Part shown: positions 26,101-37,800 of the stretch, in pieces
How the letters are laid out: every line of letters begins with the position of its first letter
How positions within the stretch are numbered: position 1 is the stretch's first letter
Assembly (NCBI GenBank): GCA_043228905.1
Contig: JBHGNT010000015.1
Location: 9,858,001 to 9,922,000 of the forward strand
Source: Azolla caroliniana
Lineage: Eukaryota > Plantae > Polypodiophyta
DNA length: 64,000 nt
Direction: 5' to 3'
Notes under the pieces: generated by a model
Database searches by the model: none
What the model saw: only the letters and a program-made list of their open reading frames with translations
What the model was told of the DNA's origin: nothing
Made by a program: the position numbers and the translations under genes

Positions 26101-27597
26101 TCACGCTCCTCGATCTGTTCGATTCTGCGCGCTTCGACCCTTACGGTCGGCTTGTCTGCTCATTTGACCCTTATCAGCTCTTCTGTTGTTGCGGTGTCGA
26201 CACTTCTTCTGCTGCCTTTTCTTCCGCTTGGGCCTCGGTTGATTTAACGTGTCTGAATCAAACATCCGAACCGACTCGGCTACTTCCGATCGGTTTTCTC
26301 TCTCGTCCGAGTTGGCTGTCTCCAACTCGTCTTCGGTCTTCTCGCCCTTGATTGCGTCATCTCCCCCATGCGTGGTTGGCTTCGGCTCTCTCCTTCGGCT
26401 GCTCCCCTTCTGTCCGCTTTCGGACTTCTCCGTGGATGCGCCCTCGGCTTCTTCAGCCGATCCGAACTCGAACTCGACAACCGAGTCAACCGAATCGGAC
26501 TCGGTGTCGCAGTCTCCGCTCCTTTCCTGCTGCCTTGCTTGGTCGTTCGAGACTGTTCTCCCCCTCAAGTTTGGCACGTCGAGGTGACGCAACCCGAGCG
26601 CACCTGAGAATTGCCGCAACTTGTCCAGACCAAGAGGCTTGGTGAAGATGTCGGCAGTCTGCCGATCCGTCGGCACGTACTGAAGTTCGACTTCACCGGA
26701 AAGGACACGCTCACAGACGAAATGGTAGTGCACCTCAATGTGCTTGGTCCGTGCGTAGAAAACGGGGTTCTTCGCGAGCTGGATGCTGCTGAGGTTGTCG
26801 CAGTAGATCGTCGTCGGATCTGACACCTCCACCTGCAGGTCCTTAAGTAGCCGCTTCAACCATATGGCTTCACATGTCGCGACAACCGCTCCTTGGTACT
26901 CAGCTTCGGTGCTCGCCAGTGCAACTGTCGGCTGCTTCTTACTGCTCCACGCGATCGCGGCACTCCCGAGGGAAAACGCGTATCCGGATGTGGATCGGCG
27001 ATCGACGGCGTTCCCAGCCCAATCAACATCGGTGTAGCCGACTAACTGCGCGGCTGCACCGGTCCGATATAGCAGTCCGCGGTCCTTAGTGCCACTTACG
27101 TACCGTAGTACGCGTTGCGCACACTGAAGGTGCTCCTCGGTAGGTTGCGCCATGAACTGACTGATCACTCCGACCGGATAATTGAGGTCGGGTCGGGTGA
27201 TGGTCAAGTATATGAGGCTTCCGACAATTTGTCGAAACCTCGTCGGGTCGCATACCTTTCCCGTATCGGGACGAAGCTTGACGGTTCTGTCCAGAGGAGT
27301 CGAGACGGACTTGCAGTCGGCCATCCCGAATTTGAAGAGCATACTCAGCACGTAATGACGTTGGCTGATCAATATGCCTTCGGGGGTACGGATCACTTCG
27401 ATCCCGAGGAAGTAGTGAAGGTCTCCCAGATCCTTCATGTCGAACGATGCCGCAAGCTGGAGCTTCACGCGGTCGATTTCACCTAGGTCGGCGCCGGTGA
27501 TGACCAAGTCATCAACATATAGTAAAATACTAACCGGTCCGAGTCGACCTTTCTGGATGAACCGGGAAGAGTTCGATTTTGACGTGACGAAGCCCAT
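26101..27597 (-). CDS. Copia A1 RT C-terminal part, RNase H and C-terminal extension
   Basis: LYVDDL, GYTDVDWAG, TKHIEVHYHF, ADIFTKPL. Confidence 0.92.
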   Translation of the reverse strand: MGFVTSKSNSSRFIQKGRLGPVSILLYVDDLVITGADLGEIDRVKLQLAASFDMKDLGDLHYFLGIEVIRTPEGILISQRHYVLSMLFKFGMADCKSVSTPLDRTVKLRPDTGKVCDPTRFRQIVGSLIYLTITRPDLNYPVGVISQFMAQPTEEHLQCAQRVLRYVSGTKDRGLLYRTGAAAQLVGYTDVDWAGNAVDRRSTSGYAFSLGSAAIAWSSKKQPTVALASTEAEYQGAVVATCEAIWLKRLLKDLQVEVSDPTTIYCDNLSSIQLAKNPVFYARTKHIEVHYHFVCERVLSGEVELQYVPTDRQTADIFTKPLGLDKLRQFSGALGLRHLDVPNLRGRTVSNDQARQQERSGDCDTESDSVDSVVEFEFGSAEEAEGASTEKSESGQKGSSRRREPKPTTHGGDDAIKGEKTEDELETANSDERENRSEVAESVRMFDSDTLNQPRPKRKKRQQKKCRHRNNRRADKGQMSRQADRKGRSAQNRTDRGA

Positions 27598-28169
27598 CCG
27601 ACGCAGTTGTTGCGTGATCTTCGTGTTCCAGGCATGCGGGGCTTGCTTTAGTCCGTAAGGGGACTTTGTTGAGCGGCAAGCTCAACCGGAGCCGGATCGG
27701 CTGAATAAGCCGGAGCCGGTAAGCGAGACGGATCGGTATGACGGTGAGCAACCGAACCGGCAAGCAGTGGAGACCGGGTGCAATCCGTAACCGGAAGTCC
27801 AATCGGAAGCCTAGTATAGGATAGACTACTAGGTAGCTATAGTCTCATAGTAAGTGTCAGATGCTCGTGTGAGCATTGAAGTACATGGTACTTCTGTCAG
27901 TCCCAAGAGGACTTGTATAAATAGTGCTACTTAGCACAGTGTGTGTACAGAGTCTTGATATAATTTTTAAATTGTGTTCTGCTCTCTCTGTCTCTCTGTC
28001 TCTCTGTCTCTCTGTCTCTCTCTCTCTCTCTGTGTTGTTCTCTGTTTTACGCTTCCGCAAACACTTACGTTTACATGGTATCAGAGCGCGAGGGTTGAGA
28101 ACCTCTGCTGCAGACATTTACTCTTGAGAAGAAAACCCTAACAGGTCGAAAACAGACACAGTAGAAGAC

Positions 28170-31100
28170 ATGGATAGAGGCATGGCTACGTCGCTCCCGG
28201 TGGAGAAGCTCGACAACAGCAACTACGCATCCTGGTCTTACAAGATGCACCAGTACCTGCTTGGACACGGGTACTGGAGTTATGTTGAAGGAGCGAATGA
28301 TGTGGCGCCAGAATCGGCACACAAGGACTTCCCGGTATGGGAACAGGCGGCAAGCAGGGTGATGTACTGCTTCGTGTCCAGTGTTGGCGATCTTCGGCTC
28401 AGCCACATCCGTGACGCCAAGACACCGAAGGATGCTTGGGGGAACCTGAAAAAGGTTTTCGCCGCAAGCACCACTGCCCGGAAGCTGCAACTTAGACAGG
28501 AGTTGAGCAATGTTCGACAGAAGAACATGTCCGTGGCAAACTACACGGGCCGGATAAAGGAGATCTGCGACTCGCTCGCCTCTATCAATGTTACCGTAGA
28601 GGAAGACGAGATGGTGCAGGTATGTCTCGGAGGCCTGGCATCCAAGTTCGGAGCGTTCCGGACTGCGGTGTGTACAAGGGAGAATACCCCCTCATTCTTC
28701 GACTTACAGTCGATGCTCCTTGTAGAGGAGAACCACGCCGGTGCATCTAACAGTGCATCCCCGGACAACCGAATGCTGTACACGGGAACGGATTGGCTCC
28801 GTGGGCGTGGTGGAAGAGGTGGGTCGGCACGCAATGGAGGCGGCCGGCAAGAGCCGGAACGGAGGCACTATGAGCATGCCGACAGTAGTTCCGGGACTTC
28901 CACAAGCAGGGGGAGTCAAGGCGGTGCCGGAGGCCGGCAAGACAGATCCGCTACGGAATGCTGGTATTGTGGCAAAAAAGGCCACAGGGAAAGCGAGTGC
29001 TGGAGAAAGCGTGCCGATTCGGACAAATCCGGATCCGCCAAGACCGGTAAGGATGGCCGGCAAAACTCGCACTACACAAACGGATTAGGAGGATCCGGAA
29101 CCGGAAAGGCCGGTAAGGGGCCAGCCTTGGTGATGAATCACAAGGCAAACTCAATGAAGAAGACCACTTCCAAAACGGAGGAAGTGTGGTATGTTGATTC
29201 CGGCGCGTCGAACCACATGACGAGCCACAAAGAGTGGTTCTCCTTTCTGGAGAAACCGGATCAACCAGGAGTAGTCGAAACTGGAGACGACACTCCTCAC
29301 CCAATCGTGCACGTCGGAGAAGTCCCTCTAAGCCACGTCGGACAGAAAGGGAAGCTGATGAACGTATTACACATTCCGACAATCACGAAGAACCTAGTGT
29401 CCGTCGGTCAGATTGTCGACCAGGGGATGCAGGTGCGGCTTATGCACCTCGGGTGCTTCATTGAGGATGAGGGCGAAGTCATTGCGCAAGGGCGCAGAGA
29501 TGGGAGGATGTTTATCCTCAACACCAATGACTTTGGCACCGCTCTGTTCGCGGAACGACAGAAGGTCGAGTCGGACATCGACCTGTGGCACAAGCGGATA
29601 GGCCACGTCAACTACCGGAGGCTTCAATACCTGCAAACGAAACAAGTCGTTTTCGGTTTGCCGAAGTTCAGCGGCCGGAGAGCCGAAATTTGTGAAGCCT
29701 GCCAACTTGGGAAGCAACACCGACTTCCATTCCCCACCGAACGGAACCGGAGCCGTAACAAGCTCGATCTCATCCATTCGGATGTGTGGGGACCGGCACA
29801 AAGTGTAAGCCTTGGCGGGAGCCGATACTTCGTCTCCTTCATCGACGACTATACTCGACATACTTGGATCTACCTCATTGAGCGGAAGAGCGAAGTCTTC
29901 GACTGTTTTCGGAGCCTCCAGAAGATGGTGGAACGGGAATCGGAGAGGAAGATCAAATGCCTTCGGTCGGATGGCGGAAAGGAATATTTTTCCGGCCAAT
30001 TCACTAGTTATCTACAGCAGAAGGGAATTCGGCGAGAGTTCAGCTGCAGATACACACCGGAGCAAAACGGTGTGGCCGAAAGGAAGAACCAGACACTCGT
30101 CGAAGCGGCAAGGGCAATGCTGGAGGAGAAGCGCATGCCCCGGTTCTACTGGGCAGAGGCGGTCCAGACGGCCGTCAGCTCATGAGTTGTATTTCGGGCG
30201 CAAGCCGAACTTAAGACACCTTCGGATATTCGGCAGCATAGCGTATGTGCATGTGCCGGATCAGAAGCGCAGAAAGCTGGATGCAAAATCGGAAAAATGC
30301 ATCCTAGTCGGCTATGCTCAAGAGCAAAAGGGGTATAAGTGCTATAACCCCCGGACGAAGGAAGTCCGAGTTAGCCGGGATGTCGAGTTCGACGAATCGG
30401 CATCCTGGTACTCCGTACCGACTCCGACTTCCGATCCCAACCCAATGCCGGAAGATCAGGCCAGTGAGCCTGAATCAGCCCTGGGAAAGGATGATGAAGC
30501 CGGGACTCAAGATGAGAGTCCGGAATCGTTACGGTTGAGTGGACCGAACGAGCGACTGAGTCGGTTGGACCAGTTGGATGAAGAGACGGCAAGTGGTGGA
30601 GACTCTGCCGTACTCTCCCCGCACAAGGCACCGAGGAAACGGTTCACGCGCAAAGAGAAGGGGAAGAGGAAGATGCCGGAATTCGAAACCGGCAACGATG
30701 AGTCGGATCGGTGCGTATCCGACTCCGGAAAGGAGAAAGGCAGATCTTCGGCAACGAAGACCGAACTGGTCAAGAAGGGCCTCAAATCAGGTGACGGTGT
30801 GTTGCGCCGATCAACCCGTCAAAAGGATCCTGTCGTGCGGTACGGGTACAATGAATACATGGCGCATCATTATGCGTACATGACTAAGGTGACAGAAGTG
30901 CGTGAGCCGGAGAGCTACGCAGAAGCGGCAAAGGACGCAAATTGGCGTGCCGCTATGGACGAAGAAATGCGGGCACTCGATGCCAACGAAACTTGGGACC
31001 TAGTTGATCCTCCCCGTCATTGTAAACCGATCGGATGCAAGTGGGTGTACAAGGTCAAGTACAACGCCGAAGGTTCTATTAACTGGTACAAAGCCCGGTT

Positions 31101-31868
31101 AGTGGCGAAGGGATACGCGCAGACCCACGGAATCGACTACGACGAGACCTTCGCTCCTGTGGCGAAGATGACGACGGTTCATGTGGTACTGGCGGTTGTT
31201 GCGGCAAGGGGGTGGCATCTTCACCAGATGGATGTGAAGAACGCCTTCCTTCAAGGAGAGCTTGAAGAAGAAGTCTTTATGACTCAGCCCCCCGGATTTC
31301 AATCGGAGATGAACAAATCGGCGGTATGCTGACTGAAGAAGTCGCTTTACGGCTTGAAGCAAGCCCCCCGAGCTTGGAACGCGAAGATCACGCACTGGTT
31401 GCGTCAGTTGGGGTTTGCTGTCTCTAAGTCGGACTCTTCGTTGTTCATCCGGCAAGGCTCTGACGGTCCGGTATGTATACTCTTGTATGTGGATGATTTA
31501 GTCATCACCGGACCGGGTCTTCCCGAAATCAACCGCGTCAAGTCCCAGTTGTCGGACGCATTCGAAATGAAGGACCTGGGGGACCTTCATTATTTTCTTG
31601 GGATCGAAGTGATCCGGACCCCCGACGGCATATTGCTCTCACAACGACATTACGTGTTGAATATGCTGTATAAGTTCGGCATGACGGATTGCCGACCTGT
31701 CTCCACACCCCTGGACCGGAACCAGAAGCTCCGTCCCAACTCCGGACCGGCCTGCAATGAGAAACGGTTCCGACAGGTTGTCGGAAGCCTGATCTACTTA
31801 ACCATCACCCGACCCGACATCAACTATCTGGTAGGCATGGTGAGCCAGTTCATGCAGAAGCCGACCGT
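28170..31868 (+). pseudogene. Copia A2 gag-PR-IN-RT (frameshifting deletion at ~30178, stop at 31330); continues at 50119-51434
   Basis: ORFs 28170-30185, 29812-31332, 31354-31868, 50121-50408 and 50421-51434 carry Copia domains in order. Confidence 0.92.
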
Positions 31869-31971
31869 TGTCGTAGTGTATTCCACACACTACGTGAAAA
31901 CCATAAAATAATATATCCGAATTTAGATACATATAAATAAATAAATAATATATCAAAAGAATTTATCACGT

Positions 31972-32038
31972 GCATAGGGCAAGATTCAAACCATGCACCT
32001 CCACGTAGATAAACCCCAACTTTACCATTGTAATAACT
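31972..32038 (-). ncRNA. tRNA-like module in B 5' LTR (also 49539-49605; related copies at 24575-24646 and 59611-59678)
   Basis: Reverse complement ...aatggtaaag...ggaggtgcatggtttgaatcttgc; the B'' copy has ggttcgaatc. Confidence 0.55.
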
Positions 32039-32568
32039 TATCTTTAGTGTTATAAATATAGATTTAATACGTATAAGACCTTTATTTACACATACCTTTA
32101 TTAAAAGGTAAAAATCATGTATTCTTTAGAGTGTGAATATTTTATTTACACGTGACATTAAAAGTGACTCATGCACATCTAGCGTGCACGAGCCCTATAT
32201 TTAGGAAATGACAAAACATCACATGCACATTTAGTGTGCATGGGCACTTTAGGTGAAAAAGCATGAAGCCATGCTTAGCCTCTTCCATCTTTATATAAGG
32301 AGGAGAAAAATATGTATATGGTTGTTGATTAATATACAAGGGTGGATCAATCTAATATATTCGTGGGATTCACGAATTTTGCCATCTAATTGCGCTTATA
32401 CACTAAACTCGTGGGATTCACGAGATTGCTATCTTACTTCTCTTTCCACTATTCATATCTAGCCTTAAGTTGTATTCCTCTTCCTCCTAGTCAAAAACCT
32501 CGGCGGTTCCCACCCGACTCACGCAACGATCTAGAGCCGAAGGGCACGACACAGTTGGTGAACCCGAC

Positions 32569-34632
32569 GTGAAAACGGGTGGCAAGGAGATGGAAAATCA
32601 ACAAGAGGCTAGCAACATGATGATGATGTTCGAGCGCATGCTACAAGAACAACGCGCGATGTCGGAGATAGCGGCCTCAGTGGAGCGGCTCGTGCAACGA
32701 AACGGGCAATTCAACGGGAAAGACGTGTCGCGGTATCTTCGGGATTACAAGGCGGAGATGCTACGGTGCGGAATATCGGAAGGACTGCAAGTGACGTCCT
32801 TCAACCGGGTGGCGATCGACGGGCTTCAAGCCAACATCCATGGGCTACGACAGCAAAATCCGACATGGGAGGCGTTTGAAGTAGAGCTAAAGAGGACGTT
32901 CGCCATCGAGGATTCCTCCAAGGCGACGCGAAGGGGATTCGAAGATTGGGTGGAGACGCCGGACAAGGGATTGAAGGTCGTTGATGTGTTTTCGGCATTT
33001 GAAAGCTGGTTCGGGAGGTTGTCCGCGAGAGATCAAGCTATCCTCGTACCAGACAAGGTGATCATGTTCTTGCGAGCCGTGGACGTCCGGGACCGGAAAG
33101 ATCTCGGAGTGCTCTTGGAGGACACGACCACGGAGAGCGGCCTCACCGAAACATGGGAAAGCGTGCGGGATATCGTCGCGCGATACACGAAGAGGGGGCA
33201 ATGGCTTGCCGACGAGGAAAAGAGGGTTTCGGAACCGATTCCGAAACCGAGAACCGGATTGGAAGACCATCAACTGAGGGCTCGAGAGACTACAACCGAG
33301 AAGGGGATTGATGCATCTACGGTGGAGCAACTATTGAAGGAGATGGAGAATCTGAAGATCGCGATGGTGAAGAAGTCGGATGACCGCCCCACAAGCTCCA
33401 AGTATACGGACCGACGGTGCATATGGTGCGATAGCGCCGAACACGATCGGAGGGATTGCGACGAGCATAAGGAGGCGCTACGGCGGGATCTCATCTACTA
33501 CGAGGGAAACTGGATTCATTCGATGGACTCTCGGAAGCCACTCCGACCGAACTTCCGGAAAGGCGGCATGAAGAAGGTGCTCGAGGAGGAATTGGCGGCG
33601 AGAAGCAACTATGCGACAACCGCGGGAATATGTGTCGGGGAGTCATCGAGAGCAAAGACGTCTTTTTGGCCGGAAGTTCTAGAAAACACCGAGAAAACCG
33701 ACTCCAACGAGATCCGAAGCACCGCGGAAGGCGTCCGGGACGCTACGGGATGGGAGTGCCCTGTCGACAAGAATAGCGTATACGCCCTGTGTCAATTGCA
33801 TAAGGTGTATGTGGACGAGAAACGACGACGAACGGAGGATGCGGCCGGTCCATCAAAGATACCGGAAAGCTGGAACTCCGGAGGTAAGGGAAAAGAAAAG
33901 GCGACTCCGGCATTCAAGCTCGCCTCGGACATAGAACAACAAACCGATTTGAAAAGAGTGTTCGAGGAAAGAATCTTGGATAGCCGGGTAGATTTCTCGC
34001 TTCGGGAGCTACTCGGAATAGCAAAGAAGGAGTTCCACGATCTTCTCGTAGATCTCGTGAAGCGAAAAAGACAAAGTACGGAGGAAAATGCTCCAAGGGT
34101 GAATGCGAACACCGTTTTAATGAACGACACCGAAGTGGAGGACGAAATTCCGAACTCCCACTATACAAGGCCACATTGGGCACGCGCGACTACGGAAACT
34201 CCGGTCCGAATCGGCAACATCAAAGAAACCGTGCTAGCATTGATTGATCACGGATCGGAGATCAACTTGATGTCCAAGGAGTTCTACCGGAAGGGGGAGT
34301 GGCCTATTAACACCAACCATGGATGGAAGATTCGGGCGGCCACCAAAGCAACGGAAGATCTATTTGCGGCTTGTCTGGATGTGACGGTGAAGATCGGGGA
34401 TGTCGAGATTGACCAAAATTTCTTTGTGCAAGATGAGGTTTCACATTCCGTCATCCTCGGCCAACCCTTTATCACGGCATCACGGATGGAGACGAAGGTG
34501 CTCGATAGCGGTGCGGCTTTTGCGCGAATTCGGAGCCAAAACGGTGGGAAATCCGTCCAATTCCTAACGGTGCCGGCAAATCACGAAAGGAACAAGAGGG
34601 AACTCTTGTCCCAAGTGAGAATGGATTTTTAA
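32569..34632 (+). CDS. Gypsy B gag-protease
   Basis: CIWCDSAEHDRRDC knuckle; LIDHGSEIN...ILGQPF protease. Confidence 0.88.
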   Translation: MKTGGKEMENQQEASNMMMMFERMLQEQRAMSEIAASVERLVQRNGQFNGKDVSRYLRDYKAEMLRCGISEGLQVTSFNRVAIDGLQANIHGLRQQNPTWEAFEVELKRTFAIEDSSKATRRGFEDWVETPDKGLKVVDVFSAFESWFGRLSARDQAILVPDKVIMFLRAVDVRDRKDLGVLLEDTTTESGLTETWESVRDIVARYTKRGQWLADEEKRVSEPIPKPRTGLEDHQLRARETTTEKGIDASTVEQLLKEMENLKIAMVKKSDDRPTSSKYTDRRCIWCDSAEHDRRDCDEHKEALRRDLIYYEGNWIHSMDSRKPLRPNFRKGGMKKVLEEELAARSNYATTAGICVGESSRAKTSFWPEVLENTEKTDSNEIRSTAEGVRDATGWECPVDKNSVYALCQLHKVYVDEKRRRTEDAAGPSKIPESWNSGGKGKEKATPAFKLASDIEQQTDLKRVFEERILDSRVDFSLRELLGIAKKEFHDLLVDLVKRKRQSTEENAPRVNANTVLMNDTEVEDEIPNSHYTRPHWARATTETPVRIGNIKETVLALIDHGSEINLMSKEFYRKGEWPINTNHGWKIRAATKATEDLFAACLDVTVKIGDVEIDQNFFVQDEVSHSVILGQPFITASRMETKVLDSGAAFARIRSQNGGKSVQFLTVPANHERNKRELLSQVRMDF

Positions 34633-34855
34633 AGCGGACTGTTGCGGAGTGGGGAAGTGATAGTCCGAGAAGCCCTGATACCCCACACAGGAAGAAAACT
34701 CTCGGAGCAAAACATGTACGAATCGGTCCGGATGGGGCATCTACGTACACGACCGTAACCGGAGGATTGAAGAAAGGATACCGACAAGTGGAGGATAAGT
34801 TGCGGTCGGCATCAATAATAAAAGAAGATGAAGAAATCGTGGGATAGTCGAGGAA

Positions 34856-37800
34856 GTGTTCTATGGGAACACGCTACAACGACTTGAAGAGCTTGCGGAA
34901 GATAAAAGCCAAGGGAACCGGGTAGTCCCGGTGGAATCGGTCGAGATGTACGAGATCATTGCGAAAATGGAGCCGGATACGCTCCGTAAAGAAGCAATGG
35001 TAAGTACGAAATACAAGACCGTGGAGAAGAAGGTGAAACCGGCCGCGGGACCACTACCCGCCGATAGCGAACAAAAGAGGAAAGAAGTCTCAGGAGATCC
35101 GACACTTCGGAAGTCCGTGGATATCGGACATGCCTTCACGGATGAGACCCGGAAGAAACTTCGGATCGGTGGAGGTGGGTTCCTATTACAGAAAGAAGAA
35201 GAACGGTTTCGCGAGATGTTGGAGCAACACGGCAAAGCGTTTGCATTTACATCAAGGGAGATAGGGTGCGTCGATCCGAGAATAGTGGAGCCGATGGTGA
35301 TCTTTACGATTGACCATGTACCGTGGAATCTGAAGCCGATTCCGGTGCCACGAGCGCATATTCCGAAAATCATTGACTTGCTCAAGGAGAAGGTGGCGAT
35401 GGGGATTCTAGAGCCATCAACTGCTCCGTACTCAAATCGATGGTTTACGGTTCCGAAGAAGAATGGGTCACTCCGATTTATCCAAGACTTGCAACCGGTG
35501 AATAAGGTCACGATCCGGAACTCGGGAGTCGGTCCGATAGTGGACGAATTTGCGGAAGCTTTTGCCGGTCGTGCGATATACTCCATCGGAGACCTATACT
35601 CGGGGTATGACCAATTCCAACTAGCCGTGGAGAGCCAAGACATCACAACCATGCGAACACCGATAGGATTAGTCCGAATGTGCACACTACCACAAGGAGC
35701 GACAAACTCGGTTGCTCATATGATGAACGCGATGAACAAGGTGCTTCGAGACTGCATTCCGGAGATAACGATGCCGTTCCTCGATGACATTCCGATGAAA
35801 GGATGCGCGGTCGAAGAAAAAGATGAGACTATGGATGATCGGGGATGCCGAAAGTTCGTGGTCGACCATATTCATGCTTGCGAGAAAGTGTTGCGAAAGC
35901 TAGAAGATGTGCACCTAACACTTTCCGGGGAGAAATCGGCATTCGGGCAAGAAGAAATATTGGTGGTCGGACATCTATGTGGGCCCTACGGCCAAAGACC
36001 GTCACCAACAAAGATCGATGCGATTCAAGCTATGGAGGAAGTATGCGAGTCAACATCCGAAGTCCGAAGGTTTCTCGGTGCATGTGCATTCTATCACATA
36101 TGGATTCCACACTATGCACATATAGCGGACCCGCTCTACCACTTGTTGCGGAAAGGTAAGAAATTCGAATGGAAACCGGAACACACCAAAGCCATGAAGA
36201 AATTGAAGAAGACACTTCGGAGGGCGGAAGCACTTAAGAAGCCGAGCTACGACCGACCGATCATAGTAACAGTTGATACAAGTCCAACCGGTATCAGGTG
36301 GGTCATCAATCAAGCGGACTCGGATGGTTCGCGGTATCCGATCCGATTCGGAGCAAAGGTTCTCAACGAAAGGCAACGTGGATATGCACAAGTCAAAAGA
36401 GAACTGTGGGGAGTCGTGTCGGCGATAAAATCGGATCGGGATTATTTGATCAGAGCCGAAGTGGTGATCGAGACGGATTGTCTTCCGATACTCGGGATGA
36501 TGCTGTCGAATACATGTGTATAATGGACGTATTCACACTATCTCGTTTTGGCCATTTATGTAATTAGCATAAAGGGTAGTTGCCCTAAGTCGGTCACTAT
36601 ATATAGTGACCTTGCAACCTTTTTGTAAGGTTGGGTGTTGTATCATTACGTTGTGCAATAAGAAACTCTTTTGTGCCTCTCTCTCTCTCTCTCTCTCTGT
36701 GCACGATCTATGATTCTGTTATACGCAGGTACTCAACAGCAATCGAATGCTTCTTGATCTTCCGCATAGACGACCTCATCCCCAACATCTGGTATCAGAG
36801 CAAAGGTTCGGCCGTCATCACCGCCTGCACAACATTCGGTTCTTCACTTCATCACGGCCTGCACAGTATTCGCGTCATTCGAAGAAAGAGAGAAGAAGAA
36901 CAAAAACGAGGTTTGCACCTCATCGCGTTAGATCCTCTTGCTTGGAGTAAGCCATCAGGTTGTACTCTGTTCCTTGTGATCGTAACCGCTCGAGGTGAAA
37001 TCCCCTTGTGCATCATTGACACGATCGTGCTCCATTCGGTTAAACGGCATCCGAAGAGGTAATCAAACGCTGCTCGTTGTAACCACTCGGTGCAGATCGG
37101 TCTCAAGACAACAACCCCAAATTCGTGCTTCATCTGGCTGATCGACATTCGGGAGGATCAGTTGGATCCGTCTCTCTCGTTGCTGCAGTCAACCGAAGCA
37201 GAATCGGTCCAGATAATCGGTTTCAATAATCGGTATTCGGCATATATATCCGAAGCGAACCGGGCTCACTCCGACTCGGCAACATTCGGGAAGACCAGTC
37301 GGTTCTGTCCCTCAAGCTACCGGAGTCAACTCGAGCAAGTTCCGAAGCCGAACCGACTCGGGTTCAAATCCGACTAGAACGATATCGGGTGAGCCAACCG
37401 GCTGCACTCCAACAAGGTTCGTAGTCAACTCCGAACCGAGCTCCGTCAACCGAAACCAAATTTGATGGCATCAACATCCGGCTCGTCAGAAATGAGTCTA
37501 CGCAAGTTCGATGGATCGAACTTCAACTTCTGGAAGGAACAAATGCAGGACTATCTCATAGTCAAGGGGCAAATCGATCCCATCGAAAATGAAGAACCTC
37601 CAGAAGGATACAAACCATTTGAGTGGCAGAAGCTGGACAGAATCGTCCGCGCCACGATTCGGATGCACCTATCGGAATCGGTATATTTTACGGTGCAATC
37701 GTGTATGACAGCATTCGAACTGTGGAAAACACTGTTGGACACTTACGAAAAGAAGGTCGCCGCAACGAAGATGTTTCTGATCCGGCGCCTCTACAACTTG

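Noticed and set aside
34861-35685. Long antisense ORFs (274 aa here; also 29394-29999, 53767-54432)
   Set aside because: Shadow frames of GC-rich retroelement coding sequence with no independent motifs
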